NCBI GenBank assembly: GCA_042216705.1 | Contig: JBDGTQ010000019.1 | Coordinates: 3,554-67,553 of the forward strand | Origin: Halolamina sp. | Lineage (GTDB): Archaea; Halobacteriota; Halobacteria; Halobacteriales; Haloferacaceae | Length of the DNA stretch: 64,000 nt | Direction: 5' to 3' | Part shown: in pieces, positions 8,806 to 17,838 of the stretch | Numbering within the stretch: the first letter of the stretch is position 1 | Layout of the letters: every line of letters begins with the position of its first letter | Notes under the pieces: model-generated | Told to the model about the DNA's origin: nothing | Database searches by the model: none | Seen by the model: the letters and a program-made list of their open reading frames with translations, nothing else | Program-made: the position numbers and the translations under genes

Positions 8806-9992
8806 TGGCGGGTCCCGGGTCGTCGTCGGACCTCGGCGGTCGCTGGGCGACACTCACTCGCGCCGAACGGGGCGTCGTCGGCGTCGTCGTCGCCTTCGGT
8901 CTCCTCCTCGTCGGCGGCCTCCTGACGGGCGGGCTCGCACCGACGTACTTCCTGTTCCTCGTCGGGCTGGCCGGGATGTACGCCCTGATGTCGCTCGGAC
9001 TCACCGTCCAGTGGGGGTACACCGGGCTGATAAACTTCAGCGTCGCCGCGTTCTTCGGCATCGGCGCCTACGGCACGGCCCTCGCCAGCGCCGACTCCTC
9101 GCCGATAGCCGGGAGCCTCCCGCCGGTCGTGGGGCTGTTCATCGCGCTGGGACTGTCGGCGGTGCTGGCCCTCGCCATCGCCGTCCCGACGCTCCGACTG
9201 CAGGCCGATTACCTCGCCATCGCCTCCATCGGCCTCGCCGAGGTCGTTCGGATCGTCATCCTCAACGAGCGCCCGTGGACGAACGGCAGCGCCGGTCTAC
9301 GCGGCATCCCGACGTTCTTCGACGGCTGGCCGGTTCTGGGGACGTTCCCGCAGGCGATGCCGGGCGTCGTCGTCGGGTGGATTCCGGGTCAGCGAATCGT
9401 GCTTCGGACGCCGTTCTGGCAGGCGCTGCTCAACGTCGCGCTCGTGTTCGCGTTCATCGCCGTCAGCTACGCCGTGTTGCGACGCGCTCACCGATCGCCG
9501 TGGGGACGGCTCCTCCGGACCATCCGATCGGACGAGGACCTCGCCCGCGCCCTCGGAAAGAACACCTACCGATACAAGATGCAAGCGTTCGTCCTCGGGA
9601 GCCTCATCATGACGCTTGCGGGCGTGTTCTACGCGCATCTGAACCTGTTCGTCGCCCCCGGCGACCTCGACCCCATCACGACGTTTTACGTCTGGGTCGC
9701 CGTCATCCTCGGCGGCAGCGGCTCCAACCGCGGGGCGGTCTTCGGCGGCGTCGTCATCGTCGCGATTCGCGAGGGGACGCGGTTCCTCACCGGCGCCCGG
9801 TGGCTGCCCGTCGACGCCGCCCCGCTGCGGCTCCTACTCATCGGCGTCACCATCGTCGCGTTGATGAAGTTCCGCCCCCAAGGTATTCTTCCCCCGCAGC
9901 GCGAACTCATCTGGCCGGACGTCGTCGACGAGGCGCCGACCGAGCCGGAGACGGGCGTGCGGGCCGCCAGAGGAGGCGAGAGCGATGACTGA
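8805..9992 (+). CDS. livM: branched-chain amino-acid ABC transporter permease (LivM-type)
   Basis: Internal ATG (MAGPGSSSDL...) overlapping the livH stop (TGATG). Hydrophobic, with motif RSDEDLARALGKN. Confidence 0.9.
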   Translation: MAGPGSSSDLGGRWATLTRAERGVVGVVVAFGLLLVGGLLTGGLAPTYFLFLVGLAGMYALMSLGLTVQWGYTGLINFSVAAFFGIGAYGTALASADSSPIAGSLPPVVGLFIALGLSAVLALAIAVPTLRLQADYLAIASIGLAEVVRIVILNERPWTNGSAGLRGIPTFFDGWPVLGTFPQAMPGVVVGWIPGQRIVLRTPFWQALLNVALVFAFIAVSYAVLRRAHRSPWGRLLRTIRSDEDLARALGKNTYRYKMQAFVLGSLIMTLAGVFYAHLNLFVAPGDLDPITTFYVWVAVILGGSGSNRGAVFGGVVIVAIREGTRFLTGARWLPVDAAPLRLLLIGVTIVALMKFRPQGILPPQRELIWPDVVDEAPTEPETGVRAARGGESDD

Positions 9993-10833
9993 GGAACCCG
10001 TGGCATCAACGACGGGCGCAGACGAGGAGAGCCAACGCCCGGAGCCCACCCCGGCGGACATGCGGAAAGACAACGCCGTCCTCAGGGTCGAGAACCTCCG
10101 GAAGTCCTTCGGTGCGCTGGTCGCCGTCGACGGCGCCTCCCTCGCGGTCGAGCGCGGCACCATCACCGGGCTCATCGGTCCGAACGGAGCCGGCAAGTCG
10201 ACGCTTTTCAACCTCATCTCCGGCTTCTACGAGCCCGACGGCGGCCGCGTCGAGGTGAACGGCGCGGACGTGGCTGGCCTCGAACCGTACGAGATCGCCG
10301 CCCGAGGGCTGATGCGGACGTTCCAGACCCCCCGAAAGCTGGAGGGGATGACCGTCCGCGAGGCCATGCTCGTCGGGCCACGGAACCAGCCGGGGGAGTC
10401 GTTCCACAAGCTGTTCACCGACACCGACGCGGTCCGCGAACGGGAGCGACGGCATCTCGCCGCCGTCGAACGCATCCTCGAGGAGTTCGAGATCGACCAC
10501 CTCGCGACCCAACCCGCGACGCAGATCTCCGGGGGGCAGATGAAGCTGGTCGAACTCGCCCGGGCGATGCTGGCCGAGCCCGAGGTCCTCCTGCTCGACG
10601 AGCCGGCCGCGGGGGTAAACCCCACGCTGCGACAGCAACTGGCGGCCCAGATTCGCCGACTCAGAGCGGAGGGAACAACCTTCCTGCTCATCGAACACGA
10701 CATGGACTTCGTGATGGAACTGGCCGACCCCGTCGTCGTCCTCAACCGGGGCAGCGTCCTCACCGAGGGGACGCCGGCGGAGGTACGGAACGACGACCGC
10801 GTCATTGACGCGTACCTCGGAGGGGCGCCGTGA
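9985..10833 (+). CDS. livG: ABC transporter ATP-binding protein (LivG-type)
   Basis: Walker A GPNGAGKST, signature ISGGQMKLVELARA, Walker B LLLDEPAAG. Confidence 0.9.
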   Translation: MTEEPVASTTGADEESQRPEPTPADMRKDNAVLRVENLRKSFGALVAVDGASLAVERGTITGLIGPNGAGKSTLFNLISGFYEPDGGRVEVNGADVAGLEPYEIAARGLMRTFQTPRKLEGMTVREAMLVGPRNQPGESFHKLFTDTDAVRERERRHLAAVERILEEFEIDHLATQPATQISGGQMKLVELARAMLAEPEVLLLDEPAAGVNPTLRQQLAAQIRRLRAEGTTFLLIEHDMDFVMELADPVVVLNRGSVLTEGTPAEVRNDDRVIDAYLGGAP

Positions 10834-11573
10834 ACGCCGGCGACGCCGCGGCCGCCGACGGGAGCGAACACGTCATCGAACTCGACGGGGTCGACGGCGG
10901 CTACGGCGACGTCCAGGTGCTCGACGACTGCTCGCTCCACCTCGACGCGGGCGAGGTCGTCTGCCTCATCGGCCCGAACGGCGCGGGGAAGTCCACGGTC
11001 CTGCGGACGGTGTTCGGGATGCTGACGCCGTGGACCGGGACCGTCACCTACCACGGCGAGGACATCGGCGGGATGGACCCCGCGGACGTCGTCCGCGAGG
11101 GGATCGGCTATGTCCCACAGACCGACAACGTGTTCGGCTCGCTCAGCGTCGCTGAGAACCTCCGGATGGGCGGCGTCGCCCGCAAATCGGGGCTGGACGA
11201 CGTCATCGGGACTCTCTACGAGCGGTTCCCGCTGCTCGACGACAAGCGCGGGGCGAAGGCGCGGACGCTCTCCGGCGGCCAGCGACAGGTGCTGGCGTTT
11301 GCCCGCGCCCTGATCATGGAGCCGGACGTGCTGCTCATCGACGAGCCCTCGGCCGGACTGGCCCCGAACACCGCAGCGGAGGTGTTCGGCCACGTCGAGG
11401 CGGTCAACGACACGGGTACGGCCATCCTGATGGTCGAGCAGAACGCCACCGAAGGGCTCGGCATCTCCGACCGCGGGTACGTCCTCGACCAAGGGACCGT
11501 CCGCTTCGAGGGGCCGGCCGAGACGCTCCTCGACGACGACGAGGTGTCGCGGCTGTACCTCGGCGGCGGGTAA
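10830..11573 (+). CDS. livF: ABC transporter ATP-binding protein (LivF-type)
   Basis: GTG start overlapping the livG stop (GTGA). Walker A GPNGAGKST, signature LSGGQRQVLAFARA, Walker B LLIDEPSAG. Confidence 0.9.
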   Translation: MNAGDAAAADGSEHVIELDGVDGGYGDVQVLDDCSLHLDAGEVVCLIGPNGAGKSTVLRTVFGMLTPWTGTVTYHGEDIGGMDPADVVREGIGYVPQTDNVFGSLSVAENLRMGGVARKSGLDDVIGTLYERFPLLDDKRGAKARTLSGGQRQVLAFARALIMEPDVLLIDEPSAGLAPNTAAEVFGHVEAVNDTGTAILMVEQNATEGLGISDRGYVLDQGTVRFEGPAETLLDDDEVSRLYLGGG

Positions 11574-11686
11574 TCGAGACGCGACTGCCGCCGATGCGCG
11601 TCGAGAGGGCGGCGCGGGACCGCGACGACGTGGCGCTCCGTCCGAGTCTCCGAGGGTGTCAAAGGCGTCGGGCGCGGACGACTCGT

Positions 11687-12586
11687 ATGCTCGGATACGC
11701 GGCGATGAACCACACGCTTCGGGAGGCGGAGCCGGCGCGGCGGTGTAATCGGGACATGCGAAAGCGGACGTGGGAGAGGAAAGGGCTGGCATACGCCGGC
11801 GAGTTGGCCGCGCAGAACTTCGCCGACCTCCGAGCCGTTCTGCGGTGGAACCTCGACCACGGCATCCGTTTCTATCGGTGTAGCTCTACGCTCGTTCCGT
11901 GGAACTCCCAGTTCGACATCGCCGAGCTTCCGAACTTCGAACGCATCCGCTCGCTCGCAGAGGAATGTGGCGACATCCTCAGGAACAACGAGATGCGGCT
12001 CACCTTCCACCCGAGTCACTGGTGTAAGCTCGCCAGCGAGTCCGCGGACACCGTCGACCGCGCCGTCGAGTCGGTCTCTCATCACGGTCGGTGGCTGGAC
12101 CTCATGGAGCTCGCACGGTCACCGGAGTACGCCATCAACGTCCACATCGGCGCCCATTACGGCGACAAGGCGGCTACCGCCGACCGATTCTGTGAGGTCA
12201 TCCGTAACCTGCCGCCGCGCGCACGGGAGCGACTGGTCGTCGAGAACGACGATACCGAGTCCCTATGGAGCGTCAGCGAACTCGTCGACAACGTCGCGTC
12301 CCGCGCGGACGTTCCGGTCACGTTCGACTACCACCACCACAGCTTCACCGACCGCGGGCTCACGTATCGCGAGGGCTTCGAACTGGCTCGAGACACGTGG
12401 GGGGACGTCCGGCCGGTGACCCACTACTCCGAGCCGGCCCGCCTGCACGGGGAGCCGGACGCCAGCCCGCAGAATCACTCCGAGCACGTCGCGACGGTCC
12501 CGGAGTGGCTCCGGCGAGGGTCGGACGTGATGATAGAATCTCACGGCAAGGAGCGGTCGATCCTGCGTCTTCGCGAGTCGCAGTGA
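11687..12586 (+). CDS. uvdE: UV-damage endonuclease (UvdE/UvsE)
   Basis: Internal ATG (MLGYAAMNHTL...). RFYRCSSTLVPW, RLTFHPSHW, NVHIGAHYGDK, VVENDD, FDYHHH match the UvdE TIM-barrel family. Confidence 0.85.
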   Translation: MLGYAAMNHTLREAEPARRCNRDMRKRTWERKGLAYAGELAAQNFADLRAVLRWNLDHGIRFYRCSSTLVPWNSQFDIAELPNFERIRSLAEECGDILRNNEMRLTFHPSHWCKLASESADTVDRAVESVSHHGRWLDLMELARSPEYAINVHIGAHYGDKAATADRFCEVIRNLPPRARERLVVENDDTESLWSVSELVDNVASRADVPVTFDYHHHSFTDRGLTYREGFELARDTWGDVRPVTHYSEPARLHGEPDASPQNHSEHVATVPEWLRRGSDVMIESHGKERSILRLRESQ

Positions 12587-12622
12587 GCCCGTCCGAGGAA
12601 TTAACTCCGGACTGCGTCGCCC

Positions 12623-13381
12623 TCAGACCCTTTCCCCGTCGCTCAGCGCCCGTTCGGTCCGCGCCGCCGAGTCGGCGAGCAACGGCATGTCGTCGGTGAA
12701 CACCTCGATAGAGACCGTCGGCTCGGAGAGCTCCGACGCGAGTTCCTCGCCGAGGCTTTCGAGCGGGACATCGCCGCTTCCGACCGGGATGTGCGTATCT
12801 CCTCGGCGACGCGCGTCGTGAACGTGGAGGTGTTGGACGCGGTCGCCGTGGCTCGACAGAGCGGTCCTTATCCCTTCGGTCCCGGCTTCGAGGTAGGCGT
12901 AACCGACGTCGAGACACAGCGCGACGTCGGCCTGCTCCGCGAGGGATCCGAGTCGGGAGAGTTCGATGCCGCCGGCGTAGCCGGTCGTCTCGAAGCAGAC
13001 CGTGACGTCGTGGTCGCGGCCGAGCGCGGACAGCGAGGCCAACCGCTCGACGAGCGCGTCCGTCCGGTGGCCCGCTCCGCGTGCGCTCGGATGCGCGACC
13101 GCCGTGCGAGCGCCGGCCGTCGCGGCCGCCGCCAACACGTCGTCGAGGTACGACAGCGTCGCCTCGTCGATGCGGTCGACTGGGGTCGAGAGCGGTTGCC
13201 GATACGGGAGGTGAACCGCCACGTCGAGCCCGTTCGCGGTCGCTCGCTCCCGCAGCGCAGCCGGGTCGAACTCCGACAGCGGGCGTTCCCCTTCGCCGAG
13301 CCCGACTTCGACGTAGTCGAATCGGTCCGGAAGGTCGCCGACGTGGTCGATGTGCGGGCCGACCGTCGCCCCGAGTTTCAT
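12623..13381 (-). CDS. sugar phosphate isomerase/epimerase (xylose-isomerase-like TIM barrel)
   Basis: 252 aa. VAHLPY, VAHP, VCFET, LCLDVGYAY, HLHVHD metal-ligand pattern of the AP-endonuclease-2/xylose-isomerase-like TIM family. Confidence 0.8.
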   Translation of the reverse strand: MKLGATVGPHIDHVGDLPDRFDYVEVGLGEGERPLSEFDPAALRERATANGLDVAVHLPYRQPLSTPVDRIDEATLSYLDDVLAAAATAGARTAVAHPSARGAGHRTDALVERLASLSALGRDHDVTVCFETTGYAGGIELSRLGSLAEQADVALCLDVGYAYLEAGTEGIRTALSSHGDRVQHLHVHDARRRGDTHIPVGSGDVPLESLGEELASELSEPTVSIEVFTDDMPLLADSAARTERALSDGERV

Positions 13382-13502
13382 ACCGCATGAAACGTCGCCG
13401 GACGGAAACTCCCGGCGGTGTGTCGCCCGTGATACGCCGCCGGAAGCATCGTGACAGCTTCAAGCGGGTTCCGGAGCGGCCCAGGACGGCGTCAGAGCGC
13501 CC

Positions 13503-14708
13503 TCACCGCTCGGGAGCGAGACGGTAAATCGGGGCGTCGTCGGCGTCGACCGCGACGTACAGCTCACCCGAGGCTGGCGCGACCGTCACGTCGCGAATCC
13601 GTCGGTCGCGGTCGGCGAGCAACGGCTCCAGCTCCGTCACCTCGCCCCCGTCGACGGCGAAGTGCGCGAGCGACCGCTTGGCGAGGCCGGCCACGAAGAG
13701 GTCGCCGTCCCAGTCGGGGAACGCGTCCCCGTCGTAGAACGTCGCTCCGCTCGGCGGGAACCCGCCCGAACCGCACGGCCACCCGTAGGCCGGGGCCACC
13801 ACGTCGTCGCGGTCGTCGTGGGCGACGCCCACCGGGTCGTCGGAGTTGTACTGACAGGAGTTGTCGGCGACGGGCCACCCGTAGTTCCCGCCCGCCTCGA
13901 GGACGTTCACCTCGTCGCCGTCTCGCTCGCCGAACTCCGTTTCCCACACGGCACCGGTGTCGGGGTGGACCGCGAGGCCCTGCGGGTTGCGGTTGCCGTA
14001 TGTGAACACCGCGTCGCTCGCGCCTGCGTCGTCGACGAACGGGTTGTCCGCTGGAATCGTCCCGTCGTCGTGCAACCGGAGCACCGAGCCGAGGTCGTCG
14101 TCGAGCCGCTGAGCGACGTGGTCCGGACCGAAGTTCTTGAACTGTCGGTCGCCGACGCTGACGTACAGGTAGCCCTCGGCGTCGAACGCCGCGCGTGAAC
14201 CGTAGTGGGCGGTTGAGTCGACGAACGGGCGAGCGGTGTAGATGGGGGTAAAATCGGCGAGGCGGTCGTTCGCGGCGTCGAGGCGGCCGCGACCGACCCG
14301 CGTCGTGGAGCCGCCGTCGCCGGCGACGGAGAACGTGAGATACACCAGTCGATTGGCGTCGAACTCGGGGTGGACGGTCACGTCGAGCAGGCCACCCTGT
14401 CCGCGGGCGAGGACCTCCGGCACCCCGGAGAGGGCGACTCCCTCGCCGGTCTCGGGGTCGGCCAGCCGGAGCGTGCCGTTCTGTTCGGTCACCAACAGCC
14501 CGGACTCGTCGGGGAGAAACGCGAGCCCCCACGGGTTCGAGAGGCCCGTGAACGCCTCGGTGACGGTGACCCCGGTACCGGCGTCGATGTCGGCGTCTGC
14601 GTCGCTGGGAGAGCGCTCGTCACTGGCGGACCGCGGCGCGGACGAACAGCCGGCCACCGACCCGAGCGCGCCGGCGCCGGCGAGCGCGAGGTAGCGTCGT
14701 CGGTTCAT
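13503..14708 (-). CDS. PQQ-dependent (soluble glucose/sorbosone-type) sugar dehydrogenase, secreted lipoprotein
   Basis: Internal ATG with Tat/lipobox N-terminus MNRRRYLALAGAGALGSVAGCSS. LSNPWGLAF, YVSVGDRQ, YGNRNPQGLAVHP, DEVNVLEAGGNYGWP are GSDH-family motifs. Confidence 0.85.
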   Translation of the reverse strand: MNRRRYLALAGAGALGSVAGCSSAPRSASDERSPSDADADIDAGTGVTVTEAFTGLSNPWGLAFLPDESGLLVTEQNGTLRLADPETGEGVALSGVPEVLARGQGGLLDVTVHPEFDANRLVYLTFSVAGDGGSTTRVGRGRLDAANDRLADFTPIYTARPFVDSTAHYGSRAAFDAEGYLYVSVGDRQFKNFGPDHVAQRLDDDLGSVLRLHDDGTIPADNPFVDDAGASDAVFTYGNRNPQGLAVHPDTGAVWETEFGERDGDEVNVLEAGGNYGWPVADNSCQYNSDDPVGVAHDDRDDVVAPAYGWPCGSGGFPPSGATFYDGDAFPDWDGDLFVAGLAKRSLAHFAVDGGEVTELEPLLADRDRRIRDVTVAPASGELYVAVDADDAPIYRLAPER

Positions 14709-14752
14709 GAGACGGATTGGACCGGCACGGACAAGAGTCGCGCGGCTGATAC

Positions 14753-15904
14753 TCAGTCGTCCGCGGTCGAGGGGGCGGTGGGACCGTCCTCCAGCGGCGA
14801 CGAGACGAGTTCGGCCACCGGCGTTCCGGCCGACTGTGCACGGTCGAGCGACAGTGAAGCGACTGTCCCCTCGGCGGTTCGGAAGCGAACCGTTCCGCCA
14901 GAGGCGTCGACGAGCCACGAAACCAGCCAGAGGCCGAGCCCGGTGTTGTGGTCGAGCGACATCTCGTACCCCCGGTCGAGCGTCTCGACGACCGGTTCCG
15001 GAATCCCCGAGCCGTCGTCGACGACGTGGAGTTCGACGCCGTCAGCGCCCGGTCCGTCGCGGAGTTCGACGCCGGGGTTCTGAGTGTCGCCGTGTTCGAC
15101 GGCGTTTTCGAGTAACTCCTCGACCGCCAGTTCGAGCCGTGGGTGTGCACGGACCAGACAGGTGTCGACGTCCGGTTCGTCGACCTGAGCCTCCGGATAC
15201 GCCTCGCGAACGCTGGCGGCCGCCCGTTCGACCGCCACGGTGAGGTCGAGTACCTGCCGAGTGGCGTACGTGCTCCCGACGAGCATCTCGACGTCCTCGG
15301 CTTGCCTGCTGATGGCGTTGAGGTCGTCGACGGCTCGGTCTATGGCTCGCACGTGGTCGGCGGACGCGGCCGGGTCCCTCACAGCGGTCTCCGCGAGCAG
15401 CTCCGCACGGCCCTGTATCACGTTCATCCGGTTCCGGAGGTTATGACGGAGCACGCGATTGAGCACGGTCAGCTTGTTGTTGGCCTGTCTCGCCCGGTCG
15501 CCCTCGCGACGTTGCTGGGCGTCGTAAACGTCGACGAGGGTGCCGGCGGGCATCCCGAGCGAAACCGCACCCAGCCCGGAGGCGATCGGGTCGGCTATTA
15601 TGACGCCGTGGGTGGCCTGGTAAACGATGGCGGAGCTGACGCCGACCCCGAGAATCCCCCCGCCGATGACGCCCCAGACGGCCACCCTGAACGACCGTTC
15701 GGGCCCGAGCGACGACCGATGGAGCCAGTAGCTGCCGTACGTGACGAGCAGACTCAGTGCGATCGGAACGAGGACGCCGGTCGCGAGCCCCAGCAGCGAC
15801 TCGTCGGCTTCGAGCGCATGTGCTCCGTGGAAGAGCGTGAGAACGAGGCCCGTCCCAACCAGCACGAGCGGACCCACGTCGTGCTGAACCTCGCTGGTTG
15901 CCAT
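14753..15904 (-). CDS. membrane sensor histidine kinase
   Basis: 383 aa. N-terminal TM helices, H-box VLRHNLRNRMNVIQGRAELL, HATPase ENAVEHG...DDGSGIP...GLGLWLV. No adjacent response regulator. Confidence 0.85.
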   Translation of the reverse strand: MATSEVQHDVGPLVLVGTGLVLTLFHGAHALEADESLLGLATGVLVPIALSLLVTYGSYWLHRSSLGPERSFRVAVWGVIGGGILGVGVSSAIVYQATHGVIIADPIASGLGAVSLGMPAGTLVDVYDAQQRREGDRARQANNKLTVLNRVLRHNLRNRMNVIQGRAELLAETAVRDPAASADHVRAIDRAVDDLNAISRQAEDVEMLVGSTYATRQVLDLTVAVERAAASVREAYPEAQVDEPDVDTCLVRAHPRLELAVEELLENAVEHGDTQNPGVELRDGPGADGVELHVVDDGSGIPEPVVETLDRGYEMSLDHNTGLGLWLVSWLVDASGGTVRFRTAEGTVASLSLDRAQSAGTPVAELVSSPLEDGPTAPSTADD

Positions 15905-15990
15905 TCATCTGCTGATTACGATTGGCGGTAATAAAATCACGCCGAAATTTCGGACATGATAATGGCCTCGCGAGTCCGGAAGCGGGCCCG

Positions 15991-16428
15991 TTAAATCCCC
16001 TCGTGGTCGACGATGGCCTCCCGCCACGACTCGGGCAACGGCCGGGCCGCGGCGGCGTCGCTGTCGTAGGCGACCTGGACCGTTTCGCCGGTGGCCGCGA
16101 GCCGTCCCGCGGGGTCGTACACCTCGTACTCCATCGGAACGCTGCTGTCGCCGAGCCGGGGGACGGAGACGGTGACGCGAACCGTTTGGTCGCCGTCGTT
16201 GACGCCGTCACGAGCGTCGCCAGCGTCGCCGTCTTTCCGAATCGGACGCTCGTAGTCGAGGGACAGCGTCGCGAGCACGGAGTCGACCGCCGACAGCGAC
16301 ACGCCGACGACCCGCTCGAAGTACTCAACCCGGGCCTGTTCGAGGTAGGTCGCGTAGACGGCGTTGTTCACGTGACCCAGCGCGTCGAGGTCGCGGAACC
16401 GGACGTCGAGTTCTGTCTCGAAGGGCAC
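15991..16428 (-). CDS. acyl-CoA thioesterase (4HBT/YbgC hot-dog family)
   Basis: 145 aa, GTG start. VRFRDLDALGHVNNAVYATYLEQAR is the typical 4HBT N-terminal motif. Confidence 0.85.
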   Translation of the reverse strand: MPFETELDVRFRDLDALGHVNNAVYATYLEQARVEYFERVVGVSLSAVDSVLATLSLDYERPIRKDGDAGDARDGVNDGDQTVRVTVSVPRLGDSSVPMEYEVYDPAGRLAATGETVQVAYDSDAAAARPLPESWREAIVDHEGI

Positions 16429-16475
16429 GGGCGAGCCCAGAGGCGGCGGGGATTTGTGCGGTTCGGTTCCGCCGG

Positions 16476-17735
16476 CTACCGCGTCTGGACCGCCTCGGCG
16501 GCCGGCACCGCGAGGTGAGTCGTCGACAGCGGCGCCCGGTCGGGTTCGTCCCGACGGGCGGCGACCAGCGTCGCCACCAGGTCGCGGGCGAACGCCGTCG
16601 CCGCCTCGTCGTTCAGGACCGGCTTCAGCGCGTCGACGACCGGCGAGAGCTTCCGGCCGTGGTCGGCGACGATTCGCGCCGGCGAGCGGTGGTCGGTCCC
16701 GTCGTCGGCCAGCTCGGCCGCCACTCGCCAGCCGAAGACGGCGGTCGCGGCGAGCTCGCGAGCGCGGGGCTTCGGCTCGTCGGTCGTCGGCTGCGTTGCG
16801 AGATACGACGCCGCCGTCTCGGGGTCGTAGGCATTACCGACCCACTCGCGGACGACCTCGGGGTCGGCCGCGAGCCCGGCGTCGTCGGCGGCCGAAAGCA
16901 GCGACGCCTCCGCCTCGGCGACGCGGTGGAAGGCGTCGCCGACGACGACCGTCTCGGCGCCGGCAGCCCGGACCGCCGCGGCCTTTGTGGCGTCGTCGAC
17001 CCCGCCGCCGTACCACAGTCGGGCCTCCCCAAGAGCGTCGTCCAGTTCGCGAAGCGTCGTCAGCGCCGCCTCGCCGCCGTAGGTGCCGGAGTATTCGAGG
17101 TAGACGACTTCGCTGTCGAGGTGGCGCTCCGCGGCGACGGCCCGCCGACGGGCCTCGACGGCGTCGAGCACGTCGTCGGCGCCGACGCCGGACTCCCGGG
17201 CGGCGGCGCTGTCGGGGTTCTGGACGATGTACGCCTCGAAGGCGGCCCCGCCCAGCAGCACGTCGGTGCCCCAGTCTGCCAGCCGCCGGCGGACGACGCC
17301 GGGCAGCCAGGGGGCGGCGTCGTCGAGCACCGCAGGGACGAACGCCTCGTGAACTCGCTCGACGGCGGCGCCGAGTTCGCCGACGAGCGCGCCGGTGTCG
17401 CCGTTGAGCACCTCCGGCACCGCCAGGAGGTCGGCGGCGGCGACGGTCTCGGGAGTCACCTGCGCCGGACCGGAGGGCTCCTGCAGCGTCGGCGTCGGCG
17501 TCGCCCTGAGCAGGTCGAACGTCGCGATCGCGTCGGCGGCGGTCACCCCGCGAGAGCCGCCGACCTCGACGGCGTCCGTTCCGTCGAGGTACAGCGGAAA
17601 CAGCAGCGACAGCCGTTTGGCCGGCTCGGGGTCGACCTTGGTGACGTGGTCCCACGACCGCGGCACCGGGTTGCGGTCGAGGAGCCGCCGCGACAGCAGC
17701 CGCCCGAGACCGGCGGCGGCGGTTCGCGCGTTCAT
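16476..17735 (-). CDS. GGGPS/PcrB-family prenyltransferase-like protein with about 150-aa C-terminal extension
   Basis: Internal ATG (MNARTAAAGLG...). WDHVTKVDPE, VEVGGSRGV, YLEYSGTYGG, LWYGGGVDD...ETVVVGDAFH resemble (hepta/geranylgeranyl)glyceryl-phosphate synthases. The C-terminal third has no motif I recognise. Confidence 0.7.
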   Translation of the reverse strand: MNARTAAAGLGRLLSRRLLDRNPVPRSWDHVTKVDPEPAKRLSLLFPLYLDGTDAVEVGGSRGVTAADAIATFDLLRATPTPTLQEPSGPAQVTPETVAAADLLAVPEVLNGDTGALVGELGAAVERVHEAFVPAVLDDAAPWLPGVVRRRLADWGTDVLLGGAAFEAYIVQNPDSAAARESGVGADDVLDAVEARRRAVAAERHLDSEVVYLEYSGTYGGEAALTTLRELDDALGEARLWYGGGVDDATKAAAVRAAGAETVVVGDAFHRVAEAEASLLSAADDAGLAADPEVVREWVGNAYDPETAASYLATQPTTDEPKPRARELAATAVFGWRVAAELADDGTDHRSPARIVADHGRKLSPVVDALKPVLNDEAATAFARDLVATLVAARRDEPDRAPLSTTHLAVPAAEAVQTR

Positions 17736-17838
17736 CGTCGGGGAGGCGGGCGAGCGCGAACAAAAGCCCCCCGGTCGGCGGTCGGCACCCCCAGCCCGAA
17801 CGACAGCTTTGATTGCCCCCGGCGACCGACTGAGCGCC

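Noticed and set aside
6982-8853. 623-aa minus-strand ORF across the ABC substrate-binding and permease genes
   Set aside because: Asp/Arg/Gly/Val-rich nonsense composition that overlaps two well-supported plus-strand genes.
10227-11792. 521-aa minus-strand ORF across livG/livF
   Set aside because: Shadow ORF. The plus strand carries complete Walker A, signature and Walker B sets.
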